From: Chiloscyllium plagiosum
Lineage: Eukaryota
Length of the DNA: 64,000 nucleotides
Assembly: GCF_004010195.1 (NCBI RefSeq)
Contig: NC_057726.1
Coordinates: 51,493,745 to 51,557,744, forward strand
Reading direction: 5' to 3'
Each line of letters starts with the position of its first letter. Positions within the stretch are counted from its first letter, which is position 1. A program made the position numbers and the translations under genes. Under the pieces are notes generated by a model that saw only the letters and a program-made list of their open reading frames with translations, was not told the DNA's origin and searched no databases. Positions 24,576 to 35,873 of this stretch are shown one piece after another.

Positions 24576-26199
24576 TGAAGTGCAGTGTTGTGAAATGTGT
24601 TCTTAAAGAATCGAAAACATCCTGTCTCCCCTCAGCCTGCAACCCTTTTCTTGAATTTGTACAGGTAGATGGGCTGAAGATGCTGCGGGGCAGCTACATG
24701 TTTCGCTTTCCTTCACTGATGTGCCTCTGTGCCCCGTTCAGTGTGCTCCATGGGTTAGTTGCATGCCTCTAGGCATGTAAACATTTTCCGCATTTTGAAA
24801 CCCTATCTTACCCCCAAGGGTCAAAATAACTTTTCACTCAGTGATGCTCAAATTTCTGCTCATTTAGACTAAATGAATTGGCTGCCTTGTTCTGGGTAAG
24901 ATCACAAAGCCTGCTGTTGAAATTAAGCATGACCCTTTGATCAGTTTGTCATGGGGTTGGTTCAGGATTCACACCAAGTTTTCTTAATTCTGTGTTTCTT
25001 TTCATTCATCTGCCTTTTTAATCTATTTAGCCCTCAAGGCTGTTGTTATTGGAGATGCCATGCCCTTTAAGAGAGTGAGTGATTAAATCGCATATGCTCC
25101 CTGAGCTCTCCAGTATGCACTGGAGACTGTAAACCCTTGGCTGGAGAGGCAAAGATCAACATAAGTCATTCGGAAAGACTGTCTTATGTTGAACGATGTT
25201 CAGTGGTTTGACTGAGACCTAAGCTGTCGTTTCAATGCTGAAAAATGCTGATTCTGATTTATGTAATTTTCTACATTTCGAGTGAATTGCAAACGAATGT
25301 TTAAAATTGAATGTGTCACCACGTGTGTGTGACAAACAGCAATGATCTCAGCATGATGTGAGTTTTCATTCATTTATTTGAAATAACCCATCGTGGGTTA
25401 TAAATATCATCAGATTTACATAACTCTGCTTCAGGGAAAAAAAATGGATGTCTTCCACCTATTCTTTGAGGTGCCCGGCCCTTTCCCTTTCCGCATCCCT
25501 CCCACCCTTGACCTATTTGAATGGAATATCAAATTCCCAGTGGAAACAAAACAAAGGAATTGTTCAAAATTTCACTGAAGCTAGAAATAATTGGTGGACA
25601 TAGAAAAAAGGTTGATGTGTGGAGAATTGTAACTTGATATTTCACTCCCTGTTCTTGTGTCCAAAAAAGGTGATGTAGCCATGTATGGACTGTTTGCACT
25701 CGAGTGCAATCTGTGCTGTGAGAGTTTAACATTTTTATTGTTCCTCCTGGGCCAAAAGCAATTTTCTAAAGAAGGTTGGTTTTAATATTGTGTCTTGGCT
25801 TCCAACATGCAAAGATATGGGAGAAAAGTAATGTAAGTTTTATTTCACATTTCATGAAGTTCACCTGTACCAGGTATAATCTAATTCCAAGAAAGACAAC
25901 AGAGCATTTCCATCCAGGGTGGGGTGTGTACAAATTATTCTTGTTTACATTTCCAATTGGGCTCCTTAATCCTAACAAGTGCAGATATAAACATGTGGAC
26001 ACATGCCCATGTTTTGGGCACAGGGTAATACATAATCTGCTGATGTACAGCCTAGTACTTTTGTGACATTCTCCTCGACCCTTCCACTTGGGATCATGGG
26101 GTGGGTGTGGTCTAACAAAATGGCCTGAGGACTGATTGGCTTGTGAGTTACCAATATGGGTTAGAACCCAAAATCAAACGACATCTCTTAATTTATACA

Positions 26200-26520
26200 G
26201 CACATTTCATGATGTGGGATAACATAGAACATGTGATGCCATTCTAAACTACTCCAAAACACTTTATGATCTGTTAAATACTGAACTGCAGATCATTGTA
26301 ATACTGACCTGTTTTTAATGATCTTGTTTGAGGGATGAAATGTTGATGGACACCAGACAGAACACCCCTGCTATTTGAATGGGATCTTTTACACCCCCCT
26401 GAGAGAGCAGACTAAGGTCCTGATTAATATATTGTCTGCTAGATTGCAATTCTGGTGCTCCCTCAGTGCTTAGTTAAGAGTTCGCTAGCTCTGGAATGAG
26501 ATTTGACCCATTACCTTCGA
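26200..26520 (-). mobile_element. Old Deu-type SINE copy
   Basis: gggatcttttacacccccctgagagagcagac...ccctcagtg...gatttgaccc similarity to the other copies. Confidence 0.5.
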
Positions 26521-26549
26521 AAGAAGAATATTAGCTTATAATATCAGCA

Positions 26550-27005
26550 AGTTTCAGCCCTTCATGAAGGGCTAGATAGGGTGGATACAGACTGGACCTA
26601 TCCCCATTGCTGTGCAATCTAAAACCAGGGAACACAGAAAAACTCGCAGGACTGAGACAAGGACTTGTTTCACTGAGGGTGGGGAATCTTTGTGCCTGAC
26701 CTGCTGTGGTGTTCCAGCAATAAAGTTTCAACTGTGCAATCTAAAACCAGGGAACACAGAAAAACTCGCAGGACTGAGACAAGGACTTGTTTCACTGAGG
26801 GTGGGGAATCTTTGGAATACTGTACACCAGAGATCTGAGGAGGCTCAGTCCTTAAGTAATTTGAAATCAGAAATTAGTAAATTTAAAACTATCTGTTGAC
26901 TTCAAGGGATATGGGAATGGCATGGAAATATGGCATTGACTGAGATGATCAGTTTGATCTGCAATGGGGGAGCAAGCTTGAGGAGCTGAATGGTCTTCTG
27001 CTCCA
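26550..27005 (+). mobile_element. Old CR1-type LINE 3' end containing an 83-bp duplication around a 39-bp PLE fragment
   Basis: tttcactgagggtggggaatctttggaa and gagctgaatggtcttctgctcc 3' motifs; 26610-26692 is identical to 26732-26814. Confidence 0.75.
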
Positions 27006-29139
27006 ATGAGATGGTCAGGATTCTGGAAAATAGGGGGTGATGATTGCGATAGAGCAAATATAATAAGCCTAACTTTTCATCATGTTGAACTTTGTCATTG
27101 AAAATAAAGGAAATGGATTAAATATTGTAAATGCTGACAATGGACTTGTTGGTAATTAGATTCTTAGAATCTGATCAAATGTTGGAGCACAGGAATTGCT
27201 GTTGCAAATGAGTTGCTGATCTTTGCACAAACCAAGCCAAATCAAATCAATGGGAATGCTGCAAATGTGAAGATTTCCTAAGAATTGGAGTTGTCAACCT
27301 GAGATCAGCAGCTTTACTGAAGGGTACTCTAGATAATGAGAGTAGTTAATGTTTCCCCCCACAAATTGACATGGCTGATGAATTGACAGGAAATTTTATT
27401 TATTAAAAGCATATCCAAGCCATCAAAATGGGACTCACCACAGCGGCATCTGTTTATCCCGCAGTTAGAAATTCTGAAGTGCAGCAAGGAAAGGAGAAAC
27501 GGGTTACAAAATGGTCCTACAAATTAACCAATGAACAGATTCCCTGATGCAGTAGTTTCAAAGCAGAGACAGAATGTGGCATTAAAGAGGCATTAACATT
27601 GGCAGTCTCTGCTTCATTTTTAAGACCCTCTGCAGCAGGCCACCAGGTGTAGGAGATTTGGAATAATGTTCTCCAGTCCTTTTCAGCCAACTCTAAGTTT
27701 AAGATGCTAGTTTCATATCTTAATTGCTCCCAGCCTACCTGAATCTGAAATTATCATGTTCAGTTCATTCTTAGCATGAGGATCCTACACTACGTTGTCA
27801 TGAGTTAATCCTGTCCCATAACACATCACTCTGTCTAAAATAGCCAACACCACAGTTCCACTCCATTCTCCAATGGCTAGATAGTCCGTCTGTAGTGTAA
27901 TCAGGGTCCTATGGAATCCCAGATATAACAGACTCTGAGGGATATGCCAAGGAAATTGTAGAATCTGCTGGGCAGTTCCATGAGGGTGGAAGCCTCTGAA
28001 AATATACAATTAAATCAGATAATTTGGAGGGTTCCGCTGCAGACTAAAAAGAAATCATCCAACCCAACCAACCTATCCTGAACACCCCATCATCTATTTG
28101 ATCCTTTTCCCTACTTGTGCCCTGGCACCATATTTACATGGCATCCTGGGACTCTACCCCGACTCACTTTACATGCTAACCTTACATTTATCTTATGGAC
28201 CTAACCTCACATGAGCTGTCATGGTGCTTTTCCGTGATGCTGAGCATTTAAAGCACAGGATATAAAAACTAATTCCGTGAAAAGGTGGAGCGGGAGGGCT
28301 TCGTTTGACTTCCTCAACTGTCCTTTGCTATGAGGACCTGTCGGATTTCAATTATGCTCTGCATTTCTGAGGAAGAAACCCTGATCATGTCAAAAATCTG
28401 CAGCTCATTCCTAACATAAAATTAAGTAGCAGCAGAGTAAAAATCTGACTAACAATCAGAGTAACAATCATTCTTTGGATAATCTTATCTATTGTTCTTA
28501 AAATAAATTATTCCAAATGCACTGTATTAACTCCTCTGTTGCTACATGGACTCTTCCAGTCTCTGATGATTACAGTCTCCCAAGATTATAGTACTTTTCT
28601 TCAAGTCCCCATACTGTATGACAGAGTGTAACTACTATTATTTGGGCCTATAAACAAGTGAATTTTTTTAACTTTTGCTATTTCATCTCTCTATCCAAAT
28701 TGATTTTGTATTTTGATCTTTTGGACCAAGATCTTTCTCTTTACTGTGTGGATCCCACCTGTTATTAGCAGAACCATCCACCTCCTTTTCTTCCAGAATA
28801 TCAACTCCCTTAAAATATTCAAATTCCAGCCCTGGGTCATCTTGCAATCAGATCTCTGTAATGACTGTCATATACATGTATTACTATTTGTGTTATTAAT
28901 TTCTTTATGTTACACTGCTGCATGCATTCTGAAAAAAATTGTCTTTTAATTCTGTCTTTTTAAACATTGGTGCACTGTGTTATAGTTGTACACTGGCCCT
29001 CCTGTCACCCTCTGGTTATCATTACCCCAGCACTAGCTAGCACTACTGCCTTCTCGTTTTTCTTTCTGTATCTTCCCTTGCGTGAATCTTCCATCCCCAC
29101 TATTTGGTTTGGTTTGCTGGACTAAATTGGTGTTGTCCA

Positions 29140-29785
29140 TGTCAACAAAAGTCACAGTTAGACAGGGTGGTCAAGAAGGTGTTTAGTATACTTTGCTTTC
29201 TTGTTCAGACCTTTGAATATGGGAGTTGGGATGTCACGTTGAGATTATACTGGATGGGGGTGAGGCCTTCTTTGGAGTACTGTGTTCAGCTCTGCTTCTC
29301 AGTTAAAGGAAAGATATTGAACTGGAGAGGGTTCAGAAACACTTTACCAGGGTGTTGCCAAGAATGGAGGGTTTGAGATATGAAAGTGGACGAGAAAGGC
29401 TGGGAATCTTTTCACTGGTGTGTAGGAGGTTGAGGGGTTGACTTTATTGAAGTTTATAAAATCATGAAGGATAAAGGTAAGGTGAATGACAAGGGTCTTT
29501 TCCCTAGAGTGAGGGAGTTCAAAACTGGAGACAAAATTTGGAGGTGAGAGGAGAAAGCTTTAAAAAGGACAGGAGGGGCACTCTTTTTACACAGTGGTTT
29601 GTGGTGGAATTAACTGCCAGAGAAAGTAGATACAATGCTTAAAAGACATTTGGATAAGTTTATGAATAGGAAAAGTTTGGAGGAATATGGGTGAAACGCA
29701 GGCAACTGGGACCCGCTTAATTTGGGAACGTGGTCAGCGTGGACTAGCTGGACTGAAAGGTCTGTTTCTATGCTGTATGACTCTA
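29140..29785 (+). mobile_element. CR1/HER1 LINE 3' portion
   Basis: SQLDRVVKK...LEYCVQ motif and gctgtatgactcta tail. Confidence 0.88.
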
Positions 29786-32439
29786 AACGCCTCCCTTTAA
29801 TTATGGTGCTCTCACCCAGCCTTGGGGCCTCTCCACTCCCTGCAATGTGCAACATTTGAAGTCGGATCCTTGCAGACAAATTTCTCCTTTGAAACTTGGC
29901 ACAATTCACTGTCTCACAATGTTTCTGAAATGGCTTATTTGGCAATGGTCTATTTTGTCTTGTACCATCAGTATTTCTTCTCTTGATTCAGAGCCTTTTT
30001 TATATATAATTTTTTAAAAGTTCCCAGCTGGATGAAACTTTTTTTTCCTGATTTTCTTTTAAATTGGAAATAGAGAGCACAGTGGTGATACAATATGTAA
30101 AGTACAGTACTGAGGCAATTGGGCACTCCAACTTGTCACTTGATCCCATCCCCAAATTGCAGTATACTGGATCTTGGCATGTTCCACTGCAGTACAGTGG
30201 CAGAAGATGGGGCTCCATGAGTTTTGTGGGGAGAGAAGTAAATGAAGGGGAATTGTCTCTAGGTCCCTAGCAATGACTTGGTATGGAGCTAAGAATAACT
30301 TGACCATGCATGTTGCATGGCCTCTGGGCTAAAGAAGTGGTGGGGAGGAACCTTGTATTTTGGACTCTACCCATTTTGACATCCCTGTATTTATTACGTC
30401 AGCTTCTGAATAGATGCGCATGCTTAAATTGATTTTCGGTGTCAATGGTGTAACCTTTGTGGAAAGTTGTTATGAATTGATTTCTGCTCAAGTTAATGCG
30501 CAGGCTTCATGTGTTCCTCACTGGTGCTTTAGCTGCATGGTTAGTATTGCTCTGGCACTGTTCATATCACAGGAAACCACTGGGACAGTGTGATATCTGT
30601 ACGCTTTGGCTGGGTGGGGGTGATAATAGGAGGATGTGCATACTTGATGCACAATTACCTTGCATAATGAGTGCTAGATCGACTAAACAGACTTTTATTT
30701 TCAAATTACCAAAGTTACTTTACAGAAGGGTCCATGAATCACTTTCTTTATTGTTTTGGGCCAATTTAAATATTGTGCAGCTTGCATGGGACCAGTGTGC
30801 TTTCTTCAGGCTTGTGCATCCTGGCACAGCTACAGCATTTTACAATGGCAGTATTTCAGTGCAGCCAACAAAACTGAATGCTCCAGTAACTGAGACTCCA
30901 GTGTTGCTGATAATTTATTACACTATGTACATTTGCACTTTCTATCTGGCAGTGGAGAATTGTATGTCCTCTCTGTTTTTAAATGTGTATCCTTGATTTA
31001 AGCACCATGTGTCATCCTCCAGCTGAAAAGAGAGGCAGGTGGCTTGTTCCCTTCACCTCTGTCATTACCATCATAACTTATCCCGCAGTAAAGCGGGTCC
31101 AAGCTGATTTTTTTTCCCTATGCCTACAACCTTCTCTTCCTTGCCTCGAATATTGTTCCAACAACAGCCCCCAACATCATCAGTGTCCAACAGCACTGCT
31201 ATTGAAGGGTTCGACATAAAGGAAGTCTTCCATCAGGCCCAGCATGAGAGCTGATGTTGGAAAAGTTACGTCACTGCACATAATTCGTACTTTGTTGCTC
31301 TGTATTTCTAATCTTGGCTTTGTAGTGCATCATTTGATACATAAACAGGTGGCAGGAACCAGGTTTGGAGGAAAGAAGAAAGGCCTATGCAATGAAGCCT
31401 TTTTCTGTTGGGGTTGGTTTGCTGTACAATAAACTGTACTCCTGGTCTGAGCAAAGTACTTGCAATATGTATATTATGTTGCTGGAGGATTGTTATTAAA
31501 CAGCTGCACATGTATTCCACGATTACCAAAGGATCTCATGAGCTTTTGACAATTTATTGATTTATCTCCCATAGTTGTTTATCTTCATGGAATTTTGATT
31601 AGATTTAGTTGGTTCAAGGGATGTCTGGTCATTTAAATGCGATAGTGACCTCTTTAGTGGTTTGCAAAGGTGCATTTCTAATAAAAAGAAGTACCCCTCA
31701 CAGATTGTATGTTTGTCTTCCTGCAGTGAGCTCAGTCTTGTTGCTATGGTGAGATGTGTCTCATTTGTACAGCTGACTGCTGAATATCCAATCTTAAATT
31801 CAAATCATGCCTTGCTATACTACATATCTGTTGCAATGTACCTTGAGCATACTTATAGTATTCAACAAGATTCAAAAGTTGTGTTGATTTCACTGTGGGG
31901 GAAGGATCACAACTTCTATAACAGGCTAAGTCTATAGGCTTAAAGCAATGGCTATCAAATACAATTGAGATTTTGATAAAGTATTAGCTCAGAGGAAATA
32001 ATAAGTAGTTTTTGCAGGACTGATGCCTGTCCTTGCAGATGCATTGAGTGGGGAGCCACTCTAGATTTGGTGCTGAGATCTAAGCTGATCTTAGTCTAAA
32101 ATGAGAACATGGAAATGTCCCTGAAACGCAGTGACTTAAGTGTCTGTGATGCAAGAAAAACAATTGAGATGTTAGGTCAGCAATGGTCATCAAAAATGCT
32201 GTTTGCCCATGTCTTAAATTGCACCAAGACCCATTTTCTCATTACAGCTGTGCTCACTGACCTAAATTAGCTGACCATCAAGTAATGCCTCAGTTTTAAA
32301 ATTATAACTCGTGTTTTTCAAATCTCTTTTGTTGTCTTTTCACTCTTACCCACTTTCTGCAATCTCCTCCTGCCCCACAAAACTGAGATATCTGTACACT
32401 ACTAATTCTGACCTCTTAGCCAGGGGGGTTTTGTTTAAA

Positions 32440-32990
32440 TTTTTAAACTAGGCGGGTTGACTCTGATCCGTCAGGATATTACTCTGAGAAAGGAATCAGC
32501 AAATGGTTGTCACTTATTTTTTGAGTTGATTCAGGCGCAGTGCATGGGCATGTTCTTTCTGTCTGCAAAGATCATGCCCCTGTGTTAATTTATTTATCTT
32601 CTATTAAATGTATGTACACACAGTGTCAGCCTGACTGACCATCCTGAGTTGGTTGTGAGTACAATTCCTTGTACAGTCAAGATTATCCAACAAGTGCTGT
32701 CCTATTGCAGATTCATACATAATCTTAAAACACTGTATTGAGAGTTTTTCAAGCCTGGGTAGGTTGGGTATGGTCAGTGTTGATAAAATGTGGACTCTCT
32801 TGCTTCTCAGATGCTGAGTGACCTGCTGTGCTTCTTCCATTAGCACACTTTATGGACTTTGACTTCTCCAGCATCTGCAGTCCTCACTATCTCCTGGGTA
32901 TGGTCAGTACCTTGCTTGTTGAAGGGAGATTCAGTGGGCATGATCACCCAGTCTTTGAGAAGCATGGCCTACATATGGCATCACACCAGC
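32440..32990 (-). mobile_element. Penelope-like element GIY-YIG remnant (second PLE lineage) with nested family A insertion
   Basis: The minus-strand peptide SAIGQHLLDNLDCTRNCTHNQLRMVSQA resembles the SAI..HL motif of PLE endonucleases. Confidence 0.55.
32779..32894 (+). mobile_element. PLE-derived family A short element with 14-bp TSD
   Basis: tgggtatggtcagt at 32765-32778 and 32895-32908; tail ccagcatctgcagtcctcactatctcc. Confidence 0.82.
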
Positions 32991-32999
32991 ACTAAACTT

Positions 33000-33320
33000 C
33001 TTTCTTTTGTAACTTATTCACCGGATGTGAATGTCACTAGCCAGGCCAATATTTGTTGTTCATCCCTGATTATTCAGATGGTAGTTTAGAGCCAGCCATA
33101 TTGCTGTGGGTCTGGAGTCCATGTAGGCCTGACCAGGTAAGGATGGGAGATTTCTTTCCAGACATTAATGAACCAAATAGGATTTTCCAAAAGTTAGCAT
33201 CAGTTTCTTGGTCATATTAGATTCTTCATCTCAGATTTTTAAAAAAAATCCACCATCTGCCATGGCAGGATTTGAACCTGATTCCCCAGAACATAGGTCT
33301 CTAGATTAAAAGTATAGTAA
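33000..33320 (-). mobile_element. Second, older SINE family (non-HE1)
   Basis: Reverse B-box-like ggatttgaacc near 33270. Its tail (attcaccggatgtgaatgtc) is shared with the LINE-like end at about 63000. Confidence 0.5.
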
Positions 33321-33585
33321 TATTCATATGCATATTGGGCACAACATCTTTTTTTGTCTTAAATTGTGTGACACTGCATGACAGTATCTCAACCAATCAA
33401 CACACTCCATTCTTGTGGTATAAATGCTGGTTTTCTCTTTGAAAATGTAGTCTTGTGAAATGCTGATGGATGCAAAAAAAACTTTCTTTTCAGCAATTCT
33501 CTGATAGATCTATACTAGACAAAATGCAAAGTAGACTGGTGTAAGATATTTTGATGCTGGAAGTAGTAAAAGAGGAAATGTCACA

Positions 33586-33921
33586 GCATGGTGGCTCAGT
33601 GGTGGCGGCACGATCGCTCAGTGGTTAGCACTGCTGCCTCACAGCACCAGGAACCCAGGTTCAATTCCAGCCTTGGGCGACTGTCTGTGGAGTCTGCACA
33701 TTCTCCCCATGTCTGCATGGGTTTCCTCTGGGTGCTCCGATTTCCTCCCACAGTCCAAAGATGTGCAGGTCAGGTGAATTGCCCATGCTAAATTGCCCGT
33801 AGTGTTAGGTGCATTAGTCAGAGGGAAATGGGTCTGGGTGGGTTCCTCTTCGGAGGGTCAGTGTTAACTGGTTGGGCCGAAGGGCCTGTTTCCACACTGT
33901 ATGAAATCTAATCTAATCTAA
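33586..33921 (+). mobile_element. HE1-type V-SINE with duplicated 5' head
   Basis: gcatggtggctcagtgg directly precedes tggcggcacgatcgctcagtggttagc; B box ggttcaattcc; (TCTAA)n tail. Confidence 0.92.
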
Positions 33922-35475
33922 ATTAAGGCCAATCTCCCAAATGTTTTGCATGTTAGCTATAGGAGAGGCTACAGCAGATGATCAAAGAGATGGTGCTTAC
34001 AATACAAGAACCTCTAAGCAATGCATAACATCAATCACAACACAGAATCCTGAACCTTATTGCAAAACTAACACCGAAGCCCATAATGGTTACACTCAAA
34101 CAACAGCACTCTTGGTCAACCCTCTCATTAAATACTGTCACAGATATTTAGGACTTAATTGGTTTGTGACTGATCAAAGTGGTATATTTTTAGGAGGGAG
34201 TTGAATGACTTTGGGCCTGAGAGAAGATGGGTGAAGTGATAGATGCATTTGTGTCACTTAACAACTATCTAAGCATTTGGGGCAATGTACAAAAGAGTTA
34301 TCAGTTTGAGCCTCATGTCAGAGAATTTAGGCTCCAAAATGAGAAGAAATCTCGCAAAGGAATGAGAGATAACAAGCATGTTTCGAAAAGGTTAATCAGG
34401 AGCACTGTATTAAGTTGAACTTTGGATAGAGGGCAAAGGGAAACTTGGGCTAATGTTGAAATGTATCTTCGCACACAGTGAGAGTGATGCTGGAATGATG
34501 ACCTGTCTTTTTGTCCAATTTTAACCCTATTGACTTCGTAGAGGTTACTAAATAGCAATCAGCTGAAAGTGACTTGACCAACCTTTTCTATTTAATTTTC
34601 TTTTTAATGCAGAGGCAGTGAAGTCAAAAGTAGCAGTTGGAAAACCTATGATTTATGTCCATGTATTTTTAAAAACAATACAGATGTTAGACTATAAAAT
34701 GGTAGAAAAACTTTTGAACTCCATTGATTCTGCTTCTGACAGTCCCAGCATTCTTTACAATGTTCCCACATATGTGACCCTTGTGACCTCCTCCCAAGAT
34801 GTTTCCTCTGATGGAAATAACGCTGTGAAAGCTGTTTGTTAACCCCAAGGGCTGCATTGCAATTCCTGCAGTAATGAAAATGGAACCAGCTCTCTGTATA
34901 GTGGGTCAGATTCTTTCGTAGTAAACTCTCATTGTCCGAAAGAGTGCAGGAAGATTAGTGCAGGAATGGGGGGAAAAAAAAGCCAACAAATTCTGCATTA
35001 GTTCATTGAGATTGTGAGCTTTGCACGGACAACATACATGATACATTGGTTTACATGGAGCATATTGTTGGTGATGGCAAGATGTTTCCCTTAATTCCTG
35101 CCTTGAGCGTTTTTTTTTTGCCTGTTTTTCACAAACATTTTCTCTGTCTATTAAGAAGTGCTTTTGTTGGACATCACAAAGGGAGCCCAGTGCTTGAGGC
35201 GAACTCTATTCGGCAGGCTAATAGCATAGCAATCTCACTTTCCACAGCTTTATAAGCATCAAAATAAATGCCATGTGTAGACACATTGTAACATTGACAG
35301 TAGGGCATGACCTCTGCATAGAAGCTGGCATTGGTATTCCAGAACTTGTCTGCACCAGTCACTGACTGTCACATGTTTGGAACGCAATTGGTTTGTGACT
35401 GATGCAAGTGACAGATTTGAGGGGGTCGGTGGATTCGGGCCCCAGGAGGAGATAGAGAAAGTGATAGATACATTT

Positions 35476-35477
35476 GT

Positions 35478-35515
<38 letters not shown>

Positions 35516-35548
35516 ATGTGTATATGTAAAAACACACACACACACACA
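35476..35548. repeat. (GT)n followed by (AC)n, a self-complementary microsatellite pair
   Basis: Direct observation. Confidence 0.9.
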
Positions 35549-35662
35549 GTTATTTTTCCTTGATGCCTGCCTAGGAATAATAAAGGCCAACAGTAAAAAT
35601 GTGGCCTCATAATATTTAATCTAAGGAATGAAACAGTGGCTGTACAACTCATTCCCTCAGTG

Positions 35663-35873
35663 GAGAAAGTGAGGTCTGCAGATGCTGGAGATCAAAGTTG
35701 AAACTTTATTGCTGGAACAGCACAGCAGGTCAGGCAGCATCCAGGGAACAGGAGATACGACGTTTCGGGCACAGGCCCTTCTTCAGGAAACTTCTATGTG
35801 ACAATAGCATACAATCTCCTGTTCCCTGGATGCTGCCTGACCTGCTGTGCTGTTCCAGCAATAAAGTTTCAAC
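35663..35873 (-). mobile_element. PLE-derived family A fold-back element with 15-bp TSD and hammerhead core on the minus strand
   Basis: TSD ctcattccctcagtg at 35648-35662 and 35874-35888. About 59-bp perfect arms. The minus strand reads CTGAAGA-agggc-ctgt-gccc-GAAAC-GTC at about 35787-35758. Confidence 0.9.

Noticed and set aside
26610-26814. Repeat-spacer-repeat resembling a CRISPR unit (39-bp spacer)
   Set aside because: Eukaryotic context, only two 83-bp repeats derived from a LINE, no cas genes; better explained as an insertion with target duplication.
30496-30996. Longest ORF in the track (166 aa)
   Set aside because: No recognisable domain, composition typical of random AT-rich sequence, and no exon context.
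33941-34204. ORF containing RDGAYN, similar to the RLRDGAYN motif expected in the next RIPOR1 exon
   Set aside because: It lies upstream of the first coding exon, the surrounding residues do not match, and there are no fitting splice sites; a chance match.
35663-35873. Hairpin elements as MITEs or pre-miRNAs
   Set aside because: Arms are asymmetric, TSDs are long and variable, and single-arm copies exist, which fits retrotransposition. There is no small-RNA evidence.
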